A DNA stretch of 63,826 nt, filler included, from Collodictyon triciliatum (Eukaryota), in NCBI GenBank assembly GCA_043381765.1. It is 22 parts of 22 records of this genome, joined end to end, with 100 filler letters (N's around TTAATTAATTAA, not from the genome) between each part and the next. Parts side by side here need not be neighbours in the genome. Positions count along the whole stretch, not along the records: positions 11,795 to 14,642 come from JBHJMP010008199.1; positions 14,743 to 17,589 come from JBHJMP010008200.1; positions 17,690 to 20,535 come from JBHJMP010008201.1; positions 20,636 to 23,481 come from JBHJMP010008202.1; positions 23,582 to 26,427 come from JBHJMP010008203.1; 17 more parts are not named here. One strand, written 5' to 3'. The position numbers and the translations under genes are program-made. Below, piece after piece: positions 12,712 through 25,054 of this stretch; within the stretch, counting starts at the first letter, position 1; each line of letters starts with the position of its first letter. The notes under the pieces were generated by a model, which was not told the origin of the DNA, did not search any database, and worked only from the letters and a program-made list of their open reading frames with translations.

Positions 12712-12789
12712 AAGGCATATCCCGTCTTTTTTTTTTCTTCCTTTATTCGATTCAAAGTGTAGCGAGGTTATAAGGCATATCCCGTCTTT
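12712..12789 (-). mobile_element. Extremely 5'-truncated LINE insertion (about 42 bp plus tail) with an 18-bp target-site duplication
   Basis: AAGGCATATCCCGTCTTT at 12712-12729 and 12772-12789 flanks poly-T-CTTCCTTTATTCGATTCAAAGTGTAGCGAGGTTA, which matches the 3' end of the copy at 38592. Confidence 0.85.
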
Positions 12790-14570
12790 AAATAGACCGC
12801 GGACTCTAAACCTGCACCGCTTTTATGGTGGATCTGTTTCTGATTAACGCGCTCAGAGATATTCATCTCTGCTTCAAAATCCTCTGCGATAATGCCCGCG
12901 CTCCATCTCGAATTCCATCGTGGCTTCCATACGGCCTCCATGTTGTGTTGCACATTTGGAAACACCCCAACCAAACACTGAGTTGTGGCTCTTATTGCTG
13001 CATGCTTCGACTCACTGCCCAGTTTGTTACGCTCGGCAGAGAGGAGGTTTTTATTTCTTTTACATATTTAGAATTACTTTCATTTTGTTCTAACTGTTTA
13101 CTTGCAGTTTCTTCGAAGCTTTTTCCCCCTTGTGAATTATCGAAATGTTCGATGTAGACCCTCGTCTACGAGCCCGAGTGCAAACGACACTTTCTGGCGA
13201 GGAATTTTGGTAAGAGCGGCTAATTAATTTTGAAAATTGATGAGTGCTTTTTGCCTCTGAATCCTATGACAGTTATGCATATATTTTGATGGATGCATCT
13301 GATACATTGTTTATTTGATATTGCATCCTGGTGTCAATAGACAGCTATGAGAATATTTTGTGTTCAAAGCATATTCAGACTTTTGCTCGGCAGTTCTATA
13401 TCTAACGCCAACAGAATGCAGTGGAAATAAGTCAAGAGCACTGCTATTGGGGTGTGCTTCGCCGGACAACGGAGCACACCCCACAACTTTCGAAGAAAAT
13501 GTCGTCACCAGAAGAGTGCTTCCTTGAGGGAGGAATGAGATGCCATATCTACGCCGAGCTTCGACCCCACAAAAAGACACCCCACAGAATTGTCCCCCCA
13601 CTATTCCACGTCTGCCCTTCTTGGAAAACCCCCCATGCCCCCCAGACACCCCTTTGTAACACCCAGGCCACAGGCCAAACCGCAGGATGCAATCCTGAGT
13701 ACCGACTACTTCTCCACCGACAAGTAGCGCCCATACAAACGATGGCTAGCGAACCAAAGCCAACACCCCCCCCCTCGGTCCTGCACAAAGGTTGAAAGGA
13801 AGAATAAAAAAAAAAATAGCGACCTGAAGATAGTCAAGAATCAATAACTTCGATAAAAAAGGATGTCTGACTGTAGTCTGCTAAATTATTGTTTCTTTTT
13901 TTAACGAGATATATAATAAGATCAAATTTTTTTTAATCCATGAATGAAATCCTAAATTACAAAATAATCTGGAAACCATTACCATTCGTTTGTGTCTAGT
14001 TTTTGTAAGCCACTAATATGGGTCGAAGACTCTCGATAGGTAACCCACATCACTTATGCCGACACCAAATATTAACCTATTCATATATAAATATCATAGC
14101 ATGCAGATAAATTAATGGACTAGTTGTCGTAAGTAATTTGTTCAATAAACGACCAATCGATGAGAAAGAGAAAGAAAGTAGCAAATAGGGAGGAAGTTGA
14201 CCAGGAATTAAACTAGAATTTGGATTCTAACGTTGAAGTGTGTTTGTAGTGCTCTCAAAAGCAAAAACATGTGATGAAAGGTATAAAAGTGCTTCGATTG
14301 ACTGCTACTATGAATTGTAGACTGCACCCCTTTCAACCAAAATCGGAATGGATAAGGCTAATCGATGGAACAACTGATGGGCACGGACGTGATTTTCTCT
14401 TCTACTGATCTGAATCGATATTCTGGCGCTCTTCTTTTTTAAATTATGTGAATTTTGATTTTAGGGTTTACAAATCTTCCATAGGCACACATTTTATTTT
14501 ATGCATTCGATATTTATACCATCTTTTAATACACAGGCAAAAAATAAATTAATATAACACATCGTCATTT

Positions 14571-14642
<72 letters not shown>

Positions 14643-14742
14643 NNNNNNNNNNNNNNNNNNNNNNNNNNNNNNNNNNNNNNNNNNNNTTAATTAATTAANN
14701 NNNNNNNNNNNNNNNNNNNNNNNNNNNNNNNNNNNNNNNNNN

Positions 14743-14863
14743 CTACTCGGGTAGGGCCGAATTCTCCGCCATTGAATGGGGTTACTTTGGTGGTGTGACG
14801 GGCCAGAACTTTGTCATTGTAGTTCCGAATCTTCATGTACTTCGCTTCGCTAGGATACTCCAT
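14743..14863 (-). CDS. N-terminal 40 aa of a probable double-jelly-roll major capsid protein (partial, not in the ORF track)
   Basis: Manual translation MEYPSEAKYMKIRNYNDKVLARHTTKVTPFNGGEFGPTRV is open to the contig edge. The P..l.Y…v.P.NG..F.P pattern resembles PLV/Polinton MCP starts, and the TCT(-13) motif precedes the ATG. Confidence 0.5.
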
Positions 14864-14990
14864 GCATACAGCAAGAAATTAATTTCAGATCAAACGCGCC
14901 CCAGAATAAAATGGGCATCGGATATCTCCTTGCAAATGTCCCCTTGCAAATGTCCCCTTTTAGGGCCCTTCCAAAACTATTTTTAATTTG

Positions 14991-15024
14991 ACCTTACCTT
15001 AGATGAAATTGGGTAAGGTAAGGT
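14991..15024. repeat. 11-bp perfect inverted repeat (hairpin) flanked by short tandem duplications
   Basis: ACCTTACCTTA (14991-15001) pairs with TAAGGTAAGGT (15014-15024). CCTTGCAAATGTCC x2 at 14928-14955 and AGGATAAACAT x2 at 15069-15090. Confidence 0.85.
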
Positions 15025-15181
15025 ATATTTATCCATCGACTTTCTATATTTTGGGGGTTGAACAAGTAAGGATAAACATAGGATAAACATAAAAATATGA
15101 GACTGAAAGAAGTAAGGAGACATGCCAGTGCCCATTTTCTTCTGGAGGATGAACAGGACTTAAACAGGGGATCTGCATTGT

Positions 15182-15541
15182 TTACCTAAATCTCAATTCT
15201 CGCCCGTGAGTGGCTAGCGCATAAGCCTGCCCCAGGTCATGGATGCCGGAGCCTAAACTCTTTGTATTTATTTTCTTGACGTCCAGGTCTCCCAGAGTGC
15301 TCAACCCCCTACCCAGGTAATTGGCTGCCTTGATAGTGCTGACCAGGATGTTGGTGATGGTCTGGATGGCCGGCTTCACTCCAGTACTCGTCAATAAATT
15401 GTCGACCAGTCCCATGCTGGCATCGTCTAGTTTCACATATGCGTTGTTGAGCCCCTCTAATCGTCTTATCGCTCTATCAGTTGATGTAGTAAGAAATCGC
15501 CCTACCCCGCGCGCGCCTCTTTGTGCGTAATTTACGATCAT
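15182..15541 (-). CDS. 119-aa hypothetical basic, amphipathic-helical protein of the putative viral element
   Basis: Complete ATG-to-stop ORF with TCT(-13), divergent from the 15574 ORF with a 32-bp gap. Confidence 0.65.
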   Translation of the reverse strand: MIVNYAQRGARGVGRFLTTSTDRAIRRLEGLNNAYVKLDDASMGLVDNLLTSTGVKPAIQTITNILVSTIKAANYLGRGLSTLGDLDVKKINTKSLGSGIHDLGQAYALATHGRELRFR

Positions 15542-15573
15542 ACTGAGGCACAGATAATAATCTAGGGTAAAGC

Positions 15574-17589
15574 ATGAGCAGATTCACTCCAGGCCAAAAA
15601 GATAAAATAGAGGGAGACATAGCAGATGCTTTGATATTTGAGGACAAAGCAAATAGAGGAACATCAGGAAAGATTATAACTAAATACAGGACAAAATTAA
15701 AAAGCCTATGGCATGGAAAAGACAAGGGGCGCTCAGAAAACTTACTATTACCAAGCTTAAAAGAATACATAAACCCTGACGGTGAGAAATATTTTATAAA
15801 GCGTATACCGACACAACACGCAGCTATTGTAAATCAAATTGCCGTACTGCGTTTTCCAAGAGACACGCCTGGAGAATCATACGCTGCAGCAGAAGAAGAG
15901 ATAAAGAAAGCATTAAAAGAAGATGAAGAATTTCAGCACAAATACTTTAGAAATATATGGGCACTTACACAAAAAGCAGACGGTGGAGGACACCATTTAA
16001 CATCATGGGCTAATTTAAATACTGCGTTCTCATATGCATATTTTTATGCTGGAATAGATGCTGAAAAAATTCCTGATCCTTCACCGCAACCAGCCCCTTC
16101 ACAGCCAGCTACACGCCGTGTAAGTCCAGGCGATGCAAGGTCAGAATCAACCGCATTTGCTGCACCGGCCCCACTCCCACAGGTTGAAGAAGAAGAAGAC
16201 CCAGAAGAAGACCCAGAAGAAGACCCAGAAGAAGACGAAGAAGAACAAGAAGAAGAAGGTGAATGGGAGCCTGATATTACTGAAGACGAAATGATACAAA
16301 GACGACTTACACTACGGGAACAATACAAAAGAAAGAAGGAAGTTTTTCTGATGCCCTATCTTCAGGTACGCAAGCGAGGAATAGCACAACCAGACCACTT
16401 ACATGCTATTGGCAATCAAATACTAGCAAGGTTACGAGACAGAAACATCATAGATAATTATAGAGATCTACCTTCGATAACTTCACAGACAGAATTTTTA
16501 GAAGCAGCCGATGAAATGATTGTTGAGCATATGGGCGGAGAACCAGTCTTGTTAGCGCTACATGAATTAGCAGACGAAGATAGAGCCCCTGACCTCTCAT
16601 TTAACTATGCTCAGATTGAAATCATGATGCTTTCTAAGCTGGCTATTGAAGAATTGTATGTCGAAAAAGTTAAGAAACAAATAGCTGACGATGCACGTGC
16701 TAAACGAGCAGCCGCACTAGAAGAAAAAAGAAAAGAAGCCGCACTCAAAGAACAACAAAGAAAAAAAGAAATACTAGATCGTAAACTTCAAAAGAGAGCT
16801 GAACAAAATCAAAATCCAAGTGTTACTGAAAGACAGACATTAGCTAATGAAATCGAATCGCTGAGAAGAGAATTAGAATCACAAACAGCCGTGTCCTCGA
16901 TCATTCCTTCACAGGTACCACTCACTTTTCAAAAACAGCTTGACATTGTTAATCTTCGCAAACAATTAGAAGCAATGAATGCACAGAATGAATCATTAAT
17001 TGATGGTGTTGATATAGCTGAGACCAACATAATGACTGCCGGTTTGATACAAGACATAGTGGAACTACAACGTGCCGCTGTGCGTGTGGCAGCTATCGAA
17101 CAACTGGCCGAAGACGCACAACAACAACAGATCGATTTGCTACTGAACGATTATCCTGACTTACTGGATCAACAACTCGATATATTAGATCAACAGTTTT
17201 TATTGTATGACTTTCTGACACCCAAGAAAATTTCACGACAGCTTGACACTTCTCTTCAATCTTTGATTTCTAACGTCTCTCGTCGCAATCTCTCTTTCGA
17301 AAGCGCACTAGACACATCTATCCAAGTTAACGCAGATGACCCAGACACAACCGGAATTGACGATCAAGGCGGGTACCTCACAGCCGCACAGTCACCCATC
17401 CTTACACCTGTACAATCAGCATCAGCAACTCCTTTCATGTCACCTGCCAGAACACCAGTCAGACCCGGACCCCAAACAAGAATTGGAGGCAACAATGTAA
17501 CTACGGATGTTTTTGCGGTACCCGGAGCGCCTATACCCAGACCAAAGACAACATTAAGTCGTTCTGAATCAAGTGCCCAATCTGACCCG
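15574..17589 (+). CDS. Large intronless ORFan (>670 aa, 3'-partial) with an acidic EEDP repeat, coiled coil and S/T/P-rich tail
   Basis: A 2-kb uninterrupted ORF in an intron-rich genome, preceded by TCTA(-13). No family recognised. Confidence 0.85.
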
Positions 17590-17689
17590 NNNNNNNNNNN
17601 NNNNNNNNNNNNNNNNNNNNNNNNNNNNNNNNNTTAATTAATTAANNNNNNNNNNNNNNNNNNNNNNNNNNNNNNNNNNNNNNNNNNNN

Positions 17690-17761
<72 letters not shown>

Positions 17762-17879
17762 AAAAAATAGAAAAAAAGAAAAAAGGAAAAGAAAAAAAGA
17801 AAAAACTGTAAACACATATTTCTTGATTGTAACGCACCTAGAATTAACATTGACAAAAACAAAACAAAGGAAACAAAAA

Positions 17880-20415
<2,536 letters not shown>

Positions 20416-20635
20416 TCTAAAAACAAAAAGCAATAGTAAAAAAGCAATAATAAAAAAGCAATAATAAAAAAGCAATAATAAAAAAGCAATAATAAAAAAG
20501 CAATAATAAAAAAGCAATAATAAAAAAGCAATAATNNNNNNNNNNNNNNNNNNNNNNNNNNNNNNNNNNNNNNNNNNNNTTAATTAATTAANNNNNNNNN
20601 NNNNNNNNNNNNNNNNNNNNNNNNNNNNNNNNNNN

Positions 20636-20752
20636 CATAAAACATAAAACATAAAACATAAAACATAAAACATAAAACATAAAACATAAAACATAAAACA
20701 TAAAACATAAAACATAAAACATAAAACATAAAACATAAAACATAAAACATAA
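20636..20752. repeat. (CATAAAA)n repeat; similar heptamer/hexamer arrays at 32416-32508 (GACAAAA), 30188-30364 (TATTTG), 43326-43422 (CTCTTA)
   Basis: Directly visible. Confidence 0.95.
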
Positions 20753-21276
20753 AACAAAAAACAAAAAACAAAAAACAAAAAACATTCATAAAAATGAGAA
20801 TAAAGCACACAGCACGACACTGATCGTCGTTGGTGGCTGATCACACAAAAAGGCGAGCATTTGATGAAGCGAAGCGGAAAGGGCACAAAACGCACGGGTC
20901 TACAGTTTCTATATGTGGAAAATAAGGCTGGAAAACACTTCTTGCATCTCTCGTTTCGTTTTCCTTGTCATATGCGGCACACTGGAACTTTAAGTCCACC
21001 ACCAATTCTCTCCCTCTCTTTTTTTCTTTCTTCATAAATCTCTCACAAATGTCTAATCTTCAACGAGGAAGAGAAATACAGTGGTTTCAAAACACACCTG
21101 GTGGGAAAATAAGCCATCTACTCAACGTTCTCGGATCGAATAAAGGAAGAAAAAAAACCACCTATTCAATCTGTGGTTATATTGGGTTTATCCTCAGATT
21201 GATATTCACTACAACCCCAAGAGTATCATTTAGCCGCTTTATTCAAATGATTTTGGGTCGAAGTAGTTAGTTGATT

Positions 21277-22829
21277 TTAACATTTTCCGTCTATTTCACC
21301 TTCAATCTGTGCGATGTACGACTTCATAAACTCATGACGGGCAAGAGCCAATTTCCTCCCGCTCTCCGTTTTCATCATGTCCTTGAGCTTGAAGAGCTTC
21401 TCGTGGAAGTGGTAGATGGAGGTTTCCTACAGAAGTGAAGGCAGCATTGAAATACCAGTAAGGGGTCTACTTTTTTCCTTTTTTTTAGATTGGTTAAGAT
21501 TTCGATGATGCGCGAAAGGAGATAAATGTGATTGATTGTAAATTGTGATATTATTAGGAATCAAAAATTTACTGCTTTTAATAAAGTGTGATATAAAATT
21601 AAACGTATCAGAAATATGGAATTTTGTGCTGATTTTTCAGCCTAAGCTGTGGAGCGGGCAATATACTTACAGATTGATTAACATCCTCTTCGGTCATATG
21701 AATAGATGCCGTATAAAGTGGTCTCTTCTTAAATCCACCATAAGAAAAACAGCGAGCGATTCCTAAAAAGAAAAGAAAAGAAAAGAAAAGAAAAGAAAAG
21801 AAAAGAAAAGAAAAGAAAAGAAAAGAAAAGAAAAAGAAAAAGAAAAAGAAAAAGAAAAAGAAAAAGAAAAGAAAAAGAAAAAGAAAAAGAAAAGAAAAAG
21901 AAAAAGAGCGACCAAATGGGATGTAGATTCGCGTCAGCTTGAAATTGATATTGAGATCTAAATTTATTTCCCAATAATTTTAAACTGAAATATTGACAGA
22001 ATATACACAAAAAGTTCAAAAGATTAGTGGGGTTGAATGTCTCACCAATCGCACCAAGAGCATCCAGTCGATCCGCATCTTGCACAATATCCAACTCAGC
22101 CGAACGACTCGTCTGTCCTGTCACTTCGGAACGATAAGAAATGTTTTTGATGATATGCACAACTTTGTCGATACGTTCTTGTGGAAATCCTTTGCTTGAG
22201 AGAAATTCTTGGGCGGCTTCAGCTCCGGCATTTTCGCTGATAAAACCAACTGTAAATAAGGGTAGTTCTTAAGGAGCAGGAGAATCATAATTAGGCGCCC
22301 AGAGAGAAATGGTGATTTGATAAAATTAATGTCTATTGATATAAATACAAATAGATTATCAAATATCAGTTAAATGTTAACCTGTATCCATATTTCTTTT
22401 CTCGGATATCTGAGAACCGAGAGTTTCATTTTAGAGGGAAATACATATAGTTGCGAATATAAATGAGAAGGTTGTCAAACTTTTTCTATTCTCGATGATA
22501 TTTAGTATCGATTTTCGTCTAGGGTTTGAGTGAAACACTAACCATGAAGCAATGCACCAATTTGAACCACAGCTCCATCTGATACAGCACCCTCGTCCAG
22601 ATGGATTCGCTTGGCCATCGTCCAAACCTAAGACATATATAAAATTGAGGCATTGCGAAGAATTCATTGTGATTATCGTCGTTATGATCATCGTCAAGAA
22701 TATTTGGGAGGAATAATGTTGCAAAGAAACCCGCTCGATATGCTGCCAGTCGTGTGAGGCATCATTTCCTGATAGCTCGGCCTTTACAAAGTCGATTGCG
22801 GATGCGATGATTTCTTCGTCGGTGGACAT
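21277..22829 (-). CDS. HD-domain metal-dependent phosphohydrolase (YpgQ/YedJ-like), spliced
   Basis: NDASHDWQHIERV, VQDADRLDALGAIG and SIYHFHEKLFKLKDMMKTESGRKLALARH. Confidence 0.92.
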
Positions 22830-23581
22830 GATTCTGAATTCGCTATAAAAGATCAGTAAACACAACACTGTTGCAGAAAAGGTTCGAATACAAAAGGCAT
22901 CGCATGTGGGAAACAAAGAGCCCCTCGCAAACACGATCCCCGTGTCGCTGTGTGAACTCCAAAGTTGGTTTGTGGAGGAACTGAAAATGCTTTTATTATT
23001 TCCTCCCCTTTATTCTTTTTCTTCCTGTTTCTCTTTTTCTCGTTTCTTTTTATTCATTCTTTTTCGCTCACTATTTTTGCTTTTTTGCTTTTTGCTTTGC
23101 ACATATGTGTCTACTTGAGTCGTAGAGAGGATACCTGTCGGGAGAGGCATTAAGACAATTGGCTGTGTTTGTACCCTGCGGCACGAAGATGTAATTACTT
23201 ATAGGTTCTGTTTTGCGCCACAGTCTTCGCCGAAGCGTGTACGACTGATCTGGTCAATTATGGCGATAGATTCTTTCATATGTGGAAAATACATTGAGGG
23301 GAGAGTGTGACCCAAGATATGAGCATTTGATTGCTGGCTTCCATCTCAACGAACAAAACTTGGCTATACCCGGCCAGACCGAAGAAAGAGAAAGAGAAAA
23401 AAAATAAAAAAATAAAAAAAGTAAAAAGTAAAAAAAAGTAAAAAAAAGAAAAAAAAGAAAAAAAAGAAAAAAAAGAAAAAANNNNNNNNNNNNNNNNNNN
23501 NNNNNNNNNNNNNNNNNNNNNNNNNTTAATTAATTAANNNNNNNNNNNNNNNNNNNNNNNNNNNNNNNNNNNNNNNNNNNN

Positions 23582-23863
23582 GTGAAATTTAACACCCTCG
23601 TAACTCGAGTCGTGGATTTCTCCTCCGGAAATGTTTGAAGAGCAGAAATATACTTTGTCAAATATCTGGTGATACATTTCCTTCTTTCCCAGCAAATTAC
23701 TAATCAAGGTTGTTTTACCTGAAGCAACTTTCGCGCTTATCAACATCCAAAAAGGCCTATCTGACTTTGCGTCTGGTAAAATATCCAAGATCACTTCACG
23801 CTTGTTTTTCTTGACTGTCTTGAGTGGTTCAACCTTAATGTTGTTTATCTTTTTGCTTTCCAT
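23582..23863 (-). CDS. A32-like (FtsK-HerA) DNA-packaging ATPase, N-terminal part
   Basis: PFWMLISAKVASGKTTLISNLL…YHQIFDKVYFCSS matches the PF.mli.G..gSGKT.li.nll…FD.iy.fs pattern of poxvirus A32/PLV/virophage ATPases (Walker A variant AxxxxGKT). Confidence 0.8.
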
Positions 23864-23869
23864 ACTTAT

Positions 23870-24196
23870 CTAACGAAATAAAAGATTTGAATCATATGAA
23901 AGTTCTCTGACTTGAGCCTTGTCTACTATTTCCTTGGTTCTTCGCTTCTCGATTTTTCTAGCCTCTTCCTTTGTGAGATACTGTTTAATAAGCGACACGT
24001 CGTGTTGTAACGAAGAATAGTCGTGAATGGGTTTTTTGACAGCCTCGTATTGCTTGACCGTCTGAACGATTTCCTTGTTCTTCTTTTTTGCTTCTGTTGC
24101 TTTAGGTTGAATTTTGGCAAGGTGGGCTCTCTGCTTTTCTGACGCTACGCGTTTGTTTTTTGGTTTTTCAATGGTATTCATTTCGGAATCACTCAT
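23870..24196 (-). CDS. 108-aa basic hypothetical protein of the putative viral element
   Basis: Complete K/R-rich ORF (KRVASEKQRAHLAK), with TCTA(-13), ending 6 bp before the ATPase start. Confidence 0.7.
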   Translation of the reverse strand: MSDSEMNTIEKPKNKRVASEKQRAHLAKIQPKATEAKKKNKEIVQTVKQYEAVKKPIHDYSSLQHDVSLIKQYLTKEEARKIEKRRTKEIVDKAQVRELSYDSNLLFR

Positions 24197-24239
24197 ATGA
24201 ATCCATAGAAAATAATTTCTGACAAGAGTATTGCAATTG

Positions 24240-24266
24240 TTGTAAACATTTTTAAAATGTTTACAA
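24240..24266. promoter_or_regulatory. 27-bp palindrome in the divergent intergenic region
   Basis: TTGTAAACATTTT-T-AAAATGTTTACAA: perfect 13-bp arms ending 4 nt before the ATG at 24271. Confidence 0.7.
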
Positions 24267-24270
24267 TGAT

Positions 24271-25038
24271 ATGGACAAAGCGTTTTACATTTATGTTGAT
24301 TCTGAAAACCGAGAAAGCGGAAGTATCGCAGACTTTAATTTCGCAACAACTCAGAACAGATATGTGTCAAGCAAAGCAAAAATCGGATTAGAGAGCATCC
24401 AAATACCGAATGCCGTACACAATGTTACGAGTGCCAATAATGAATTGGCTTTTCTTTGCCAAGTCGGAGCAGACAGCCCCGTTTCATACAATATTTCACT
24501 TGAGACTGGACTACAAACAATCAATGAAATAGTCAGTGACATTAGAACAAAGATGAACGCAGTCACGGCATCCCAGTCAGCTAATGCAGTTGTTTCAGTT
24601 TCATTTCTTACCGGCAAACAGAAGATTGCTATCAAAGGAGACGGAGCATCAATCTCATATCAATTGTTTGTGAATTCGTCGACGTGCCGGGACCTAATTG
24701 GGCTGACGGCCAATCTATCATTCAATACGTCTTTTGTGGAGCTACAGAATACGGTCAATATTCGACCTTTTGATTATGTGTACCTGGTCAGCCCGAACAT
24801 TCAGAGTTCGAGCTTTGCCAGCAATATAGGCGGCAATGGCATCATCGCAAAAATACCGCTGACTCTTGGTTCACGGTACTCGAGTTATTACGAGGTCAAC
24901 GACAACATTCTCGAGAATCTGATGGACTGCTCGTATATCCCGTTCAGCTGGAATTTCAGATTGGTAGATAGACTGGGACGGACAATAAATCTGTTACAAG
25001 ACTATTCGTTTATGCTGCGTGTAATTCCCGAGGAATAA
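24271..25038 (+). CDS. Penton/minor capsid protein-like (single jelly-roll), 255 aa
   Basis: YIYVDSENRESGSIADF, IGLESIQIPNAVHNVTSANNELAF, IIAKIPL and FRLVDRLGRTINLLQDYSFML match the idS.dR…F / iPns.yni…nN / iiakIp / l.D..g..i.l..dwsf.l pattern of PLV/NCLDV pentons. Confidence 0.75.
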   Translation: MDKAFYIYVDSENRESGSIADFNFATTQNRYVSSKAKIGLESIQIPNAVHNVTSANNELAFLCQVGADSPVSYNISLETGLQTINEIVSDIRTKMNAVTASQSANAVVSVSFLTGKQKIAIKGDGASISYQLFVNSSTCRDLIGLTANLSFNTSFVELQNTVNIRPFDYVYLVSPNIQSSSFASNIGGNGIIAKIPLTLGSRYSSYYEVNDNILENLMDCSYIPFSWNFRLVDRLGRTINLLQDYSFMLRVIPEE

Positions 25039-25054
25039 ATTCTTGGCAAGTGTA

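Larger units (their letters stand above)
14743..17589. mobile_element. Putative Polinton-like virus/virophage fragment A
   Basis: Intronless, tightly packed ORFs with no microsatellites. It contains an MCP-like N-terminus and shares the TCT(-13) upstream motif with contig 23582-26427. Confidence 0.55.

Noticed and set aside
11795-14642. Short ORFs in this contig, and at 40384-41590 and 55115-57200, as named genes
   Set aside because: No consistent frame or recognisable motif; they may be exons but cannot be supported.
14743-14760. Contig start CTACT as a Polinton terminal inverted repeat (AGTAG…CTACT)
   Set aside because: The orientation is wrong for a left end, and it lies inside the open MCP-like reading frame.
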